Assembly (NCBI RefSeq): GCF_001194135.2
Contig: NC_068998.1
Span: 39,681,085 to 39,745,084 of the forward strand
Origin: Octopus bimaculoides
Taxonomy: Eukaryota
DNA: 64,000 bases
Reading direction: 5' to 3'
Position 1 is the stretch's first letter, and each line of letters starts with the position of its first letter. Positions 23,838 through 37,064 of the stretch are shown piece by piece. The position numbers and the translations under genes are program-made. A model generated the notes under the pieces. It made no database searches, was not told the DNA's origin, and saw only the letters and a list, made by a program, of their open reading frames with translations.

Positions 23838-26394
23838 CATCATTGTTTTAACATCCACTTTTCCATGCTTGCATGGGTCAGAGAGAGTTTAGTGAAGCAG
23901 ATTTTTTACAGCTGAATGCACTTTCTATCACCAATCTTCACCTGTTTCTAAACAGAGTAATATTTCCCCATGGTCAGGTGTGTTTTTGGTTTTTGGAAGA
24001 ATATTGGAAAGGAATGAAAAACTATTACACACTGTCAAGACAAGGAGACACAAACATAGATACACTCACACACATATATACATACATATATACATTGTGT
24101 ATAAATGTCAATTTGTAAACACACACACACACGCATATCTACGCACACACATATCTACACACACATACATACGCATGTATCCACACACACACACACACAC
24201 ATGCACATATCCACATCCACACACATACGCACATATCCACATACAAATGCACACACAGATGCAACAATATTCCTCACAGGTTCCCTCTTTCAATTTCCCT
24301 TACAAGGAATTAAGTCAGCCTGAATTTATAGTCGAAGACAATTGCCTGAGCTGTCAGGTAGTGGGATTGAACTTGAAATCACATATTTGCAAAGCAACCA
24401 CTTAACCATACAACCAGCACACATACATACAAATACAGAGGAGGAGGGGTATATGTGGTGTATTTCTGTGTAAAGTAAAAATTTGCATAAAAGAATAGGA
24501 AATGAACTTTTGCTAAGTCAAATATCTATGACAGATTCCTAAGCAAAAAAAAAAAAAGATGAAAAACAAGAGAGAGAGAGATAGAGTGAGAAAGAGAATC
24601 TTACACAGCATCTCACCATTTTTAGGGATTCCACTGACACTAGTCACTGGTGTTTTAGGAATTCTAAGAATAAATTCCTGATTAATGAAAATAAATATAT
24701 AGNNNNNNNNNNAAAATAAATATATAGATTTAAAATGTTCTACAGTGAATAGAACATTTAGAATACTTTTTTTTATTCTAAAAGAAATCACTGTTTTAAA
24801 TAATTGAGGCCCGGCTGGAATGAGGGAGAGGAAGAAACAAAGTGGATGAGAAATTCCAAAAATTTATAACAAGGATGCCTCTGTGTGGTCACTCAAGCTA
24901 CTAGGCATAGCAATCGCATTTTTTGGCACATTACACACAGTTTTGTTGTTTCTATTTTGGGGGCAATTTTTTAATGGTTAATCCAGAAACCATGGTGCCA
25001 CATAAAAAGCACTGGTGATGGTGCTATGTAAAAAGCACTGATGCTGGTGTCCATATAAAACACACTGATGCCATTGTTAGTTAAAAAATACACCATAACA
25101 CTCTGGCATTTGGAAGGGCATCCAGCTATAAAGATCATGGTCCAGAATTTTTTACAAAACAAGGTCTTATTTTTTTTTTATCACTTATTTTTATTCTTTG
25201 CTCTTTGAGAAGAAACCTAACTTCAAGCAGCTTTTTACAGATCACTTTTTGTTCACTGTATTCTACACCTGAGAAAGGTAAGTAAGGGTACAAATTTTGG
25301 TTTTGAACCCCTCAAAAATTTTAGGCAGTTCACTTGCATCTCTTGCACCCCCTATTTCTGGGCCCATGGCTATGTTGGTTTTCAATATCTGTTTTGGCAA
25401 GGTTTCTGTGGCTTGATGCTGTTCCTAACACCAACCACATTACAGGGTGTACAGGGTGCTTTTTCTATGGCACCAGCACTAGTGAGGTCACCAAGTATTT
25501 TGCAAGATCCCTTTTCATTACAGGTAGAATTTTAATTGGTTGAATTTTTTCTCAAATAATTAGCTCCCATTTAACTTTAGAATTTCTGTACAGTTCAAAA
25601 TTTATGAGAGAACCCCTATATATATAGAGATGAAAATATGTTCACATAAGATATGTCTGCAATACTTGCAACAAAACACACCCAGGATATCAGTTAATGA
25701 AGTTAAACCAAGCAATGGGTTAAGTCTACCATCCAAATGTAGTTACAGGTATATAAAAGGTTAAGGTGGTCATAGTTGGAGTGCCTTTTGATCATAGATC
25801 AACTAAATCTTTCACTGCAAATGACAACATTGTGATCTGGGTTGTAGAAGCCAAATTTCACTGCATTCCAGACGAGAGTGGAACTGATCAGAAGAAAAAG
25901 AAAGAAGAGACATAACCATCGCCATCATTGCTACTACCACCTGTCTTTACTTTCACTGTGAGTGAAATAAGGAAAGAGAGGGTGAAGTAGTGAGAGAGGT
26001 GAAGGTTGGTAAAGCCCTACCCTACCCTCACACCTTTTTCCCAATAGAAGAAAGTATTTTGGTTTGTCACATTCTCATGTGACAAGGTAAGAAAAAAGAA
26101 ACCACTACTGCCATAGCCAGCCTTGTCATGTAATGATAAATTAAAGGAGGAAGGGATGGAAAGAAAAGAAGGAGAAAAAGGAAATAATATCCACCACCAC
26201 CACCACCACTCCTATCTCTAAAGTAAAGAAAAGAAAAGCAGTGGGGAAAAACAAATGATAAACAAACAAACAAAAAAACTAATAAAGAAAAATAAAAGAA
26301 ATGAAAACATCTTGCCCTTTTGAAGGCTACCAGGATGTTAAAAATAATCTAATCAGATTTGAACCACAAAAGCTTCTGCAATGGATTCCTATGT

Positions 26395-26525
26395 AAGGGT
26401 GGTGGTGGTGGTGGCAGTGGTGGTGGAGTAGTAGTAGTAGTAGAGGTAATAGTGGAGGTAGTAGTAGTAGTAGTAGAGGTAATAGAAGTGGTAGTAATGA
26501 TAGTAATAGTTGCAGTAATAGTACA
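26395..26525. repeat. Compound (GGT)/(AGT) trinucleotide tract
   Basis: Visible simple repeats. Similar compound tracts occur at 11330-11490, 39990-40180, 42660-42910, 48200-48320 and 59480-59600. Confidence 0.9.
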
Positions 26526-28145
26526 TTGTAACAAGAACAAACAAAAAAAGGAAGTAAAGTAAAAGGAGAAAAGAGAAAGAAAAAAAGAAAATTAAGTAAA
26601 AAGAAAAATGGAACAAAAAAAATGACAAAAAAAAAGGCAATGGAGGTATGTCATGACATTCTTCCATACAATACACAATACTTTTCCTTTTTTTTTAGGG
26701 AGGGAGGGAGATAGAGAGAGAGAGTTTTTGCAGGTCATTGAAAGAAGTTCAGGTAGGTTGAGGTGAAAGGAAGAAATCCCGCTAGAAATAGATCAACTGT
26801 TTCTTTAAATCCATACCCTTACAACGACCCCCACCCAATTCTTTGTAGGATATCCCATCTTATTCTCTGTTCAAGGACATATGAACAAAACTAAATGAGA
26901 AATCATTCTTTAATTTCCCAAAAAATTCGATTTTATCAAATTTAACTCCTTTACTAGTTAGTTTTATTTTGTTATCACGTCCTAGAGGGAGTTTTTCTCT
27001 ACTAATTGCATGAATAAGCTCAGTTAATGAAAGCTTTTCCACTCACTGTATTATGTTCAAACAGCCATAAATAACTTTGCTCTGGTTTACTGACTCTTTT
27101 GTTATTATTTCTGTTAAAATTCATTATCTTTGTTTCAATTAATCTTGAAAACTAAGGAATTTAGTAAAATACTTTGTCATTATTAAGCTAGTATTTAGAA
27201 CATAAATTGTTTTAAATTTTAAAACAAAGTCAGCAATTTTAGGGGAAGAAAATTAGTCAAGTACATTCAACCCTAGAATTTGGTTGATACTTTGGTCTGT
27301 TGACCCCAATAGGGTGAAAGGCAAAGTTGACCTTGGCAGAATAGAACTCAGACTGTAAGGCACCTGAAGACATGCTGTTAAGGATTTTGTCTGACATGCA
27401 AATAATTCTGCCAACTCACCATGCCACCTTATTTGGAACATGAATTAACATGAAATTTTAATGGAAGGTTTGATTTAGATCACTTCAACATCATCACCAT
27501 TGTTTTAACATCTACTTTTCCATGCTTGCATGGGTCAGATGGAAACTGTTGACACAGATTTTCTGCAGTTAGTTGTCCTTCTTGTTGCCAACTTCACCTG
27601 TCTCAAAGTAAAATATTATTTCTCCATAGCCAGAGAAGCTTGAAAATGAACAACATCACTTTTATGACTGATGCTCATTTAGAACTACCATATGATGCCA
27701 AGACAGAGAGTGTGTGTGTGTGGGGGGGGATGAATAATTCAGGCAAGTATTCTAAGAGCTCTCTGGTATAATCCAGGTTCCAACTAACCACATCAAGTAG
27801 TGAAACGCACCAAGGATTGCTTAGGGTGGGCAATTCCACTGTGTTCTGACGGGTAAGTATGGGTCTTCTTTGCTGGATTATAAATATTTTCAGGAATGTA
27901 AATCCAAAGCAATTACAAAGATTACAGAGAGTGGTACACCTTCAAATTTTACTTTTAAATTAATGCTTGTGGAAAGACTCTGGTTGAAGGAGCATAGCAG
28001 AATATTGCAGGTTGCATACAGAACTGCACATACTCTATACAGCAGAAACACATGTCAATCATTTTAACTAGCTAATTATGTTGCATAATTAAATTAAAAG
28101 AAAAATGTGAAGATGTACCAGTCTCCATATTCTTTGTAATTATTG

Positions 28146-28335
28146 TCATCATCATCATCGTTTAACGTCCGCTTTCCATGCTAGCATGGGTTGGACGATT
28201 TGACTGAGGACTAGTGAAACCGGATGGCAACACCAGGCTCCAATCTAATTTGGCAGAGTTTCTACAGCTGGATGCCCTTCCTAACGCCAACCACTCAGAG
28301 AGTGTAGTGGGTGCTTTTACGTGTCACCCGCATGA
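28146..28335 (-). mobile_element. SINE-like family S3, young copy (runs into a gap)
   Basis: Near-exact reverse complement of 7970-8140. Confidence 0.8.
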
Positions 28336-28999
28336 NNNNNNNNNNNNNNNNNNNNNNNNNNNNNNNNNNNNNNNNNNNNNNNNNNNNNNNNNNNNNNNNN
28401 NNNNNNNNNNNNNNNNNNNNNNNNNNNNNNNNNNNNNNNNNNNNNNNNNNNNNNNNNNNNNNNNNNNNNNNTATATATATATATATATATATATATGTTC
28501 ATCATTGTGCTCTCTCTTTTTTCAGTTTTCATCTACCAAATCCACTGATGAAAGTTTTGGTCAGCCTGGGGCTATAATTGAACACATCTGCCCAAGATAC
28601 TGCACAGAGAAACTGAACCCAAAGGTTGGGATTCAAGCTTCTTAACCACACAGCCATGCCTGCACCTATGTAATATATAATATCAGTAGAGTGATTCAAC
28701 ACTAGCCTACATACAATGTAACATCTGTAATGGCCTATTTTCAACAGATCCAGGGCTATTATAAACATCTACCACACAAAACCCAGTTCACTTAAATTAG
28801 TCGCACCTCCTGCTTCTTTTTCCTCTTCCTTTGTTAATTAAGATAATTGCCATATTTTGGAGAAAAAAAGAGGAGATTTATACAATTTGAAACCCATTTG
28901 TTCCTACAAAACATTGTTATATACTTTTACAATTACCAGTATATTCATATATAGTGCAAATATGACAAATATACAAGGGTATAAATGAATGCACACACC

Positions 29000-29357
29000 A
29001 GGGTAAGAAGCTTGCTTGCCAACTGCATGGTTCTGGGTTCAGTCCCACTGTGTGGCACCTTGGGCAAGTGTCTTGTATTATAGCCTCAGGTCAACTAAAG
29101 TCTTGTGATGGGATTTGGTAGACAGAAACTGAAAGAAACCTGTCATGTGTGTGTGCGTGAGTGTTTGTCCCCCATACCACTTGACAACTGGTGTTGGTGC
29201 ATTTACGTCCCCATAACTTAGCAGTTTGGCAAAAGGGACTGATAGAATAAGTATAAGGTTTTAAAAAAAAGTCCTGAGGCTGATTTGTCTGACTAAAACA
29301 CCCTTCAAGGCAGTGACCCAGCATGGCCACAGTCAAATGACTGAAACAAGTAAAAGT
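29000..29357 (+). mobile_element. SINE S1
   Basis: Complete S1 head, CORE-like segment and 3' end. An inverted partner lies at about 28500-28670. Confidence 0.75.
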
Positions 29358-29525
29358 ATGCATGTGCGTGTGTGCAAATGCTTGTATGTATATATATAAT
29401 TATGCCAAGGACCTATAATCCTGTAAGGGATGTTTGCATCCTAGTTCTCTGGTTTTTACCAGTGTTCAGTGAAAAACTAAATACATTAGTTTTGTATTGA
29501 TGAATGTGGGTATTTAAATTATTTA

Positions 29526-29887
29526 TGAATGAGAAAAAGAAGAAAATGGAGAAATTGACATTGAGACATCAATGTATTCAAAGATATTCAAATTAGTATA
29601 ATATGAAATTCTCTAATTTAATGTAATTTAATTTCTCTAATTGAATTAATTGGCTATGGAAACGGCTGTAGGAATAAGAATTTCATATTATATTGATTTG
29701 AAAATCTTTGAATAAACTGATGTCTATATGTCAATTTCTCTATTTTCTTCTTTTTCTTTAATTTAATTTCTCTAATTGAATTAATTAGCTATGGAAACAG
29801 CTGTAGGGATAAGAATGTCATATTGATTTGAATATCTTTGAATAAACTGATGTCTATATGTCAATTTCTCCATTTTCTTCTTTTTCT

Positions 29888-29892
<5 letters not shown>
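29526..29892. repeat. Two tandem units of about 130 bp preceded by an inverted partial copy of about 85 bp
   Basis: 29625-29758 is similar to 29759-29890. 29528-29612 is the reverse complement of the 3' part of the units. Confidence 0.85.
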
Positions 29893-29927
<35 letters not shown>

Positions 29928-31942
29928 TACAAATCCTCCCAAAACTAGACACCAATATTTAAGCATTACCTAACCCTAATTAGATTATCTAAGAAAACCA
30001 AACAATACCAAAGTAAGAAATCCTTGCAGACTATGAATCCACAAACACTACATATATATATAGAATACTGCTGCTATTATCCAACTTTCAGAAATACAGG
30101 AAGACTGTGCAGTGCCGTGCAATATACTATACCCTGTATTGAGTAAACAGACCCTGGTTTCAAAGTTAGTTAATTTGCATACAGCATGTTAAAAATAGTT
30201 TTGTCCTTTACATTTTTAAGAGGGTTGATAAAGATTAAACACATTCTGCTTTAATATTGTATTAATTTGTACTAGTATCTCTTATATAAAATCATGTTCT
30301 TTATTTTCCTTCAAATAATTTTCATCCTATAAACATTATACTGTATACATGTTTCCAGTATGATATATTTTAAGAATTTTAAGTGGATTAATATATATCA
30401 AATAAACCCTGCTTTAGGAGTGTAATGATTTGAATCTGTTAAATACAGTTTACTTCTATACTTTTCATAGTTTGCTTAATATTTTAAGTATATAATTGGA
30501 CTATAATTTGACTATCTTCAGAAAACTAGAAATCTAGGACACTTCTGATTCTAAGTTGCTGGATAATTGGTCTAGTATTGTATGTGTATATATCATCATC
30601 TATCGTCTGTTTTCCATGCTGGCATGTGTTGGATGGTTTGATAGGGGCTGGCTAAGCAGAAGACTGCACCAGGCTCCACTGTCTGCTTTGGCAAGGTTTT
30701 TTATGGCCGGATGCCCTTCCTAACACCAACCATCTTACAGAGTGGACTGTGTTTTTTGCATGGTACCACCACCCATATATCATCATCATCGTTTAACGTC
30801 CGCTTNNNNNNNNNNNNNNNNNNNNNNNNNNNNNNNNNNNNNNNNNNNNNNNNNNNNNNNNATATATATATATATATATAATAATACAAAGAATATATAT
30901 GCATGTATACACACATATATGTACATACTTACATCTACAAGTGCATATAGATGCATATCAGGGTACAGGACGTTAGAACAATGAACTACAGACCACGGAA
31001 CGAACACATAGGAAAACAGATAGCCACTTGGAATTAATCCATCGTCAGCTGCCTCTATTCTAACTAGACGTTTCGAACCATATATATATACACACACACA
31101 CACACAGACATATACACAAGCACATTCATATTCAGTATTTTTTGTTTGTATGTATGCATATAATGTATATATGTAGGAATGAATGAATGAATGAAACTAA
31201 TATTTCATACCAAGGTTTTGTGTGCTCACCCTGTGTAATTCTTCTCCATTTAACAATAGGTGTGGCAAGTGAAGACACTTGGGCAGGTACCTTTAATACA
31301 GTATGCTTTCATCTCCTTAATTGTGTCTATGCCTCTATTGTTCTTTTAATAACAATGAGGAGTCTTCTCTGCATTTCTAAGTGTTGCAGTTGTTCTTATT
31401 GTGTAATTAATCTAAAAACCATTGTTTTTTTCCTGTCTTATTTTTGACTATGACTCAGCTCTTCTCTCTTTCCTCTCTTCCTACATATGAACTAGGTAGA
31501 TTCAGGTATCATGATAATAAACAACAATAACAACAACAATATCCATGACAACCAGGGCAGTAAGCTAGCAGAATAGTGTGCAAGCCAGGCAAAATGCTTA
31601 GCAGCATTTCATCTGTCTTTACGTTCTGAGCTGAAATCCTGCCGAGGTTGACTTTGCTTTTCATTCTTTTGGGGGTCAATAAAATAAGTACCAGTTGAGT
31701 ACTGGGGTCGATGTAATCAACTTATTCCCACCCTCAAAACTGCTGGTCTTGTGCCAAAATTTAGAATCAATATCTATGATAACAGTTGAAGGACTCTATA
31801 ATAGTTAGTTGACTTGTTAGAAATGGTAGTTAAATAAGCTTCAAATGATATCCCACTGTCTAAAGACAAAAAGTAACAGGATGGGATGGGATGGTTATGG
31901 CTGGAATGCTCAATCAGAGTGACTGACATAAGGCTAAACAAC

Positions 31943-31983
<41 letters not shown>

Positions 31984-32166
31984 AGAGGATGGACTGGGTA
32001 CTCTATCAGTCTTAATATTTATTTTTGCCAACAGAGTAGACTGGAGCAACATGAAGTGAAGTTGCTTTATCAATAACACAACTTTCCTGGAATAGGAATT
32101 GAACCCTTGACCTTATGAACAAGAGTACAATTACCTTACAACTAGGCCTTACACCTACACATTTAA

Positions 32167-32605
32167 CCCTTTACCATTCAGATTACTCTTTTAAATGTAA
32201 AATTCACACTGTTTTGAGTTATCATGCATTATCTTGGAACTAAGATTTCAATGATATGATTGCTTATTTTTAGAATGACATTGTAGGGTAGGTGTGAGAG
32301 GCCAGATATGGCTGGCTTGAACATAAAACAAGTAGAATATTTAGGCTGGATAAGGTGGCGAGCAGACAGAAATGTTAGCACGCCAGGTGAAATACTTAGT
32401 GCTATTTCGCCTGTCTTTATGTTCTGAGTTCAAATCATGCTGAGGTCGACTTCGCCTTTCATCCTTTCAGGGTCGATAAATTAAGTACCAGTTGCATACT
32501 GAGGTTGATCTTATCAACTGGCCCCCTCCCCCAAAATTTCGGGCCTTGTGCCTAGAGTAGAAAAGAATATTTAGGCTGGATATGGCCAGTTTAAATATCA
32601 ATGAG
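32167..32605. mobile_element. piggyBac-type MITE B containing a nested S2 SINE
   Basis: TTAA|CCCTTTACCATT ... TCAATGAG|TTAA. The internal sequence matches MITE B on both sides of the SINE. Confidence 0.75.
32353..32563 (+). mobile_element. SINE S2, full-length, with a perfect 19-bp TSD
   Basis: AGAATATTTAGGCTGGATA at 32334-32352 and 32564-32582. tRNA-like head GGTGGCGAGCAGACAGAA...GAGTTCAAATC. Confidence 0.9.
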
Positions 32606-33339
32606 TTAAACTTTGTAGGGAGTCAGTAATTGATCAGAGCTGAAGTATCTTTATGCTCAAATGAGGAATATATATTTCTGAGGTGGATTAGGTTTGAGTG
32701 AATAGCAACAGCACTGTCACAGATAGTAGAGCAGTACTTCATTGTGGGTCCTACTTTATATTTGTAGAGAGGAAGGAAAATGTTACAGTTCAAACAGTGA
32801 AGATTATTCAGTCAGCTGGCACCAAAAGTAGAAAAAAAACAGCCAAAATTCTTTGCTATTTGATTGACACATGTTTGTGTGTGTGTGTGTGCGTGTGCAT
32901 GAATTCGACTGAATGTGTATGTAACTGTATTTTGGTGTTTTAATGTTGCTTTATGCAAGAGCAAATTTTGTGTGTGTGTGTGTGTGTGTGTATAAGGATA
33001 TATGGTGTGTATGCATGCCTATACATGTATTTTTCTATACATTTTTAATGACTATATGTAACCTTATCAATTTCTTTATCATTTAATACATGTAAGTGTA
33101 TATGTGAATGCATGCACATATGTGAATGTATAGGCATATGTTAATGTGTATACACACTCATTTCTGTATGTATATTTGTATGTGTAATATATATGAGTAA
33201 GTATATACCAGTGGGTGAGCATGATGAATTTCTAATGTGCAGAAGTATGATGAAAGTTGAATGAGATAAATAAGAGCAAGCAGTTAGGAGTTCTAAAGAT
33301 GGGTGGTCTTCCATAGAAATGGATAAAAACCAGTCTTAC

Positions 33340-33423
33340 TGGTACCACATTCAATGTTAATAGATGTCACAGAGTTGGTTTCATAACAGCTGGTGTACCA
33401 ACGTGGATAGAATTGATACAAAT
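33340..33423 (-). other. Candidate internal exon (84 nt, phase 1-1) of an unidentified gene
   Basis: AATAAG| ... |GTAAGA. Open frame xLYQFYPRWYTSCYETNSVTSINIECGT in non-repetitive DNA. The acceptor is pyrimidine-poor and I recognise no homolog. Confidence 0.25.
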
Positions 33424-34913
33424 CTTATTTGTATAATCTAACTTATTGATTTGCTTTCACTAAAGACAGTAACTGAGTTTTATTTAGAGATGGTTGGGAG
33501 ATCAGATGTTATTTTTGCTGTTCTTCGCACCTTTCACAGTAGTATTAGCAAGCAACGTCTGTGAAATGTAAGAATCCAAGAGCATTTATTGAAAAGATAA
33601 TTCATTGAGAATACATATTGGTTGAAAGACAAATTTGTCAAAAGACATGTTCATAGAAAAGCAAAACTGATCCAAAGATAAATTATTGAATTGTTTAAAT
33701 GAACTGTCATTTGATTACTAATCAACTTAATGTAAATCATGATCATCATTTAATGTCCATGTTCCATGCTAGGCACATGTTGAATGGTCTGACAAGAACC
33801 AATGGGCCCAAAGACTGCACTGTGTTCTAGTGGTGTGTGATTGAGAGAGATTTAGAGACCTGCTATTTCTAGCGGTTTGAGTGACCACATGGTTTAGAAG
33901 CCAGTCTCTGGCTTAACCCGTAAGCATTTAGATGATTCTGTCAAATGTAAAGCTTAAATTAATAATCAATAATATCTTAAATCAATAATGCATTATTTCA
34001 TGGCTTTGAGATTTCAATGATGTGATTGTTAATTTTTAAACTGACACTGTAAGGTAGCAATGAAAGACAATATCTGACCAGTTTGAAGATAAAACAGGTA
34101 GAATATTTTGGCTGGATATGGCCTGTTTAAACACTAAAGAGTTAAATAGCATTGTCATATGATCTGGTGTCTACTTCCAGCAGCTGGGTGAAGAACTGTA
34201 GCCCGAGTTATATTGAGAGTATTTGAAACAGGTATATGGGTGCAGGCATGGCAATGACAAGTGTTTTCTGCCATAGTCTGAAATCAATTGAAGCTTTGTT
34301 AGGTGAAACTGGGAAGACTGAAACTGAGGAGAAGCCGGTCAGATGGACTGTACTCATTCTGTCCTCCATTTTCGCACAACCACCTGACCCATAAACACCT
34401 TTAATGAAGTCCATGCTGAAACAAACACAACAGAGCAACCTGAGAAAAACTGAATGTTTTCTATGGTTGAAACCTATTACTTGTTCTTCATCCTTCACTA
34501 CATCTCAAATCATCATCATCATCAATAGAATCCTGGAATAATGGTTTAAACTATTTGATACCAACCTACTTGTGACCACCCTTAGTTTTATGAGACAAGC
34601 TTCCTACTTTAACCCTTTAACATTTAAACTGCCCATATCTGGTCAAAATATTCTACCTATTTTATGTTTAAACTGACTAGATCTGGCCTCTCACACCTAT
34701 CCTAATGTCATTCTTTATTAAAAAATCACATTATCAGAATGGACTAAACAACAGGAGGAGACACATGGAATGGAGGGGACGTGTGATAAAAGATTTTCAG
34801 ACAAAGGGCAATAAAATAAAAACAATAATAAATCTAAAGTGAAGAATGAATATATAGTGTATATTTATTTGGAAGAAAAAAAAAATTTTAATGAAATGAC
34901 TATCCCAAAATAT

Positions 34914-35270
34914 AACAAGCAGTCAAAGAGTGCAACCTTCCGCCAAGGCAACACCAACGTCCTCTCAACAATTAGCCAGAGATGATTTTTAAAATGAGAA
35001 TATCTGAAATAAACTTGACTGCCCTCACAAGCGAGAATACTAAAAATGAACCTGACTGCTCTCAAAAATTAAGTAAAAAAGCAGGAAAAATAATTCAGAA
35101 TCCTTGTCTGGTACTGAATTGATCCCAAAATCTAATCAGTTCATGCCAGTCATAAGGCCAAACAGCCCTGAAAGTTTCATCTGAATCCAGCAGTTCTTGA
35201 GATATCTTGTCCATGGACAAACAAGCAAACAAGCACGACTGGAAAAATACCTCCATCTTCGTTAAGGTAA
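34914..35270 (+). mobile_element. Helentron/HINE-like non-autonomous element nested in MITE B
   Basis: 5' AACAAGCAGTC...CCTTCCGCCAAGGC; a (CAAA)n-like tract near the 3' end; 3' GAAAAATACCTCC...TAAGGTAA (decayed terminal hairpin). The family assignment is from memory of similar elements. Confidence 0.45.
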
Positions 35271-37064
35271 CAAGATCACATCATCAAAATCTTGAAACTA
35301 CAAGATAATGCATAATTTATTCCAAAATAATATGAATAAATAAGCAATACCTTTGACAAAGAAATCTGAATGCTAAAAGGTTAAATGACCTAAATTAAAA
35401 CATCCCATCAAAATTTCAAGTTAATTTATGTTCCAAATACTAACTTAATAGTAACAAAGTGTTTCACTAAATTCTTAATTAGTTTTGAAATTAATTGAAA
35501 CAAAAGGTAATGTATTTCAACAAAAATATGGTTTCAAGTGAGTTAAGAAGTTTGTATCTTAGAATCAGGAGCAGTCTCAGATTGGTTGGTTATCAAAAAA
35601 AGTTGAAGTGATCTAAATTAAAACCTTCTATCAAAAGGTAAAGTACACCATAAGATATATAGTAACAAAAGGGTTAATAAAAGAAAGAATTAATTAATAA
35701 AGTTATCAAGGGTTACCAAAGTATTTGTAATGTTTGTAATACATTAAAATGCTAGTGATAGGTTAATGGGTTAACAGAGGATTAGTAACCCAAAGCTAAC
35801 TTGTAACAACATAAAATACAACTGATAACAAGAACCATTACTGTCAGAATTTAGAATGGAAAGCAAAATAGTGAAGAGTCTTACTTAAAATTTATTGGTT
35901 GCAAGATGAAACAAATCAAAAGAAAGATAATGAAATTTCGAGAGAGTCTTGGTTTAACTCATATCTCTTGAGAATTTTAAATAGCTGCCAAAATTAAATG
36001 ACCCAAGGTCAGAAAAAATTTCCTGATGGCATGCCAGTAGGAGATAATAAATGGCATGATATAGAATAGATAAGGTGATATCTAATCAGCAATGGACAGA
36101 TATTGAACCTTCCATACTCTAGGATTAACCCTTTTGATATGGCTCTGTGATGCAAATTTCCTGATTAAGAGTAATCCAAATTAAATTTTCCCTCAAGATG
36201 TCATGTTCATTTGTGTTAGAAACACTAACAGAGTTATTTTACTAAATCTTATTTTAAAAGTTAATTAAAATAAAGATAGAGTCTTTTAACAGAAATATGG
36301 TAACAAAAGAGTTACAAAGTTGTATCCTAAAAGTGGGTTGATATCAAAAAAGATGATCTAAATTAAAACCTTCCATTGAAATTCCAAGTTAATTTATTTT
36401 TCAAACATTAACTTAATAAAGACAAAGTTAATATAGAGACAGGTATGGCTGTATAAGAAGCTTGCTTCCCAACCACATGGTTCTGGATTCAGTCCCATTG
36501 TGTGGCACCTTGGGTAAATGTCTTCTACAGCCAAAACCTTGTGAGCGGATTTGGAAGATGAAAACTGAAAGAAGCCTGCCATATGTCTGGGCTGTATGTG
36601 CATATATCTAAGTGTGTGTATGTGTGTGTGCTTGACCCACACAAATGTTTGATAATTGGTGTTGGTGTATTTACATCCCTGTAACTTAGCAGTTTGGCAA
36701 AAGGGATCCAACAGAATAAATACCAGGCTTTAAAAAAGAAAAAAAAAAACAAGTCCAGGGGCCAATTTGTTCAACTAAAAAACCCTTCAAAGCAGTGCCC
36801 CAGCATGGCCACAGTCTAAATACTGAAACAAGAAAAAGATAGAAAAAAGACTAAATTCTTCATTATTTTCCAAATTAATTGAAACAAAGTAGTGTATTTC
36901 AACAGAAATATGGTAACAAAGGGGTTAAACCCTTTGAAAGCTAGAAATTAAATTTTGAAATATATAACATTATTGTATACAGAGGTAACTAAGAGAGAAA
37001 CAAAGAAAACGGGGGGGGGGGGGTAATATAGCAGTCACAGTCATTGATATTGCTATCATTGTCA

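Noticed and set aside
25241-25277. Plus-strand 37-nt segment with a consensus donor AAG|GTAAGT
   Set aside because: It is isolated, and such sites are expected by chance at this density.
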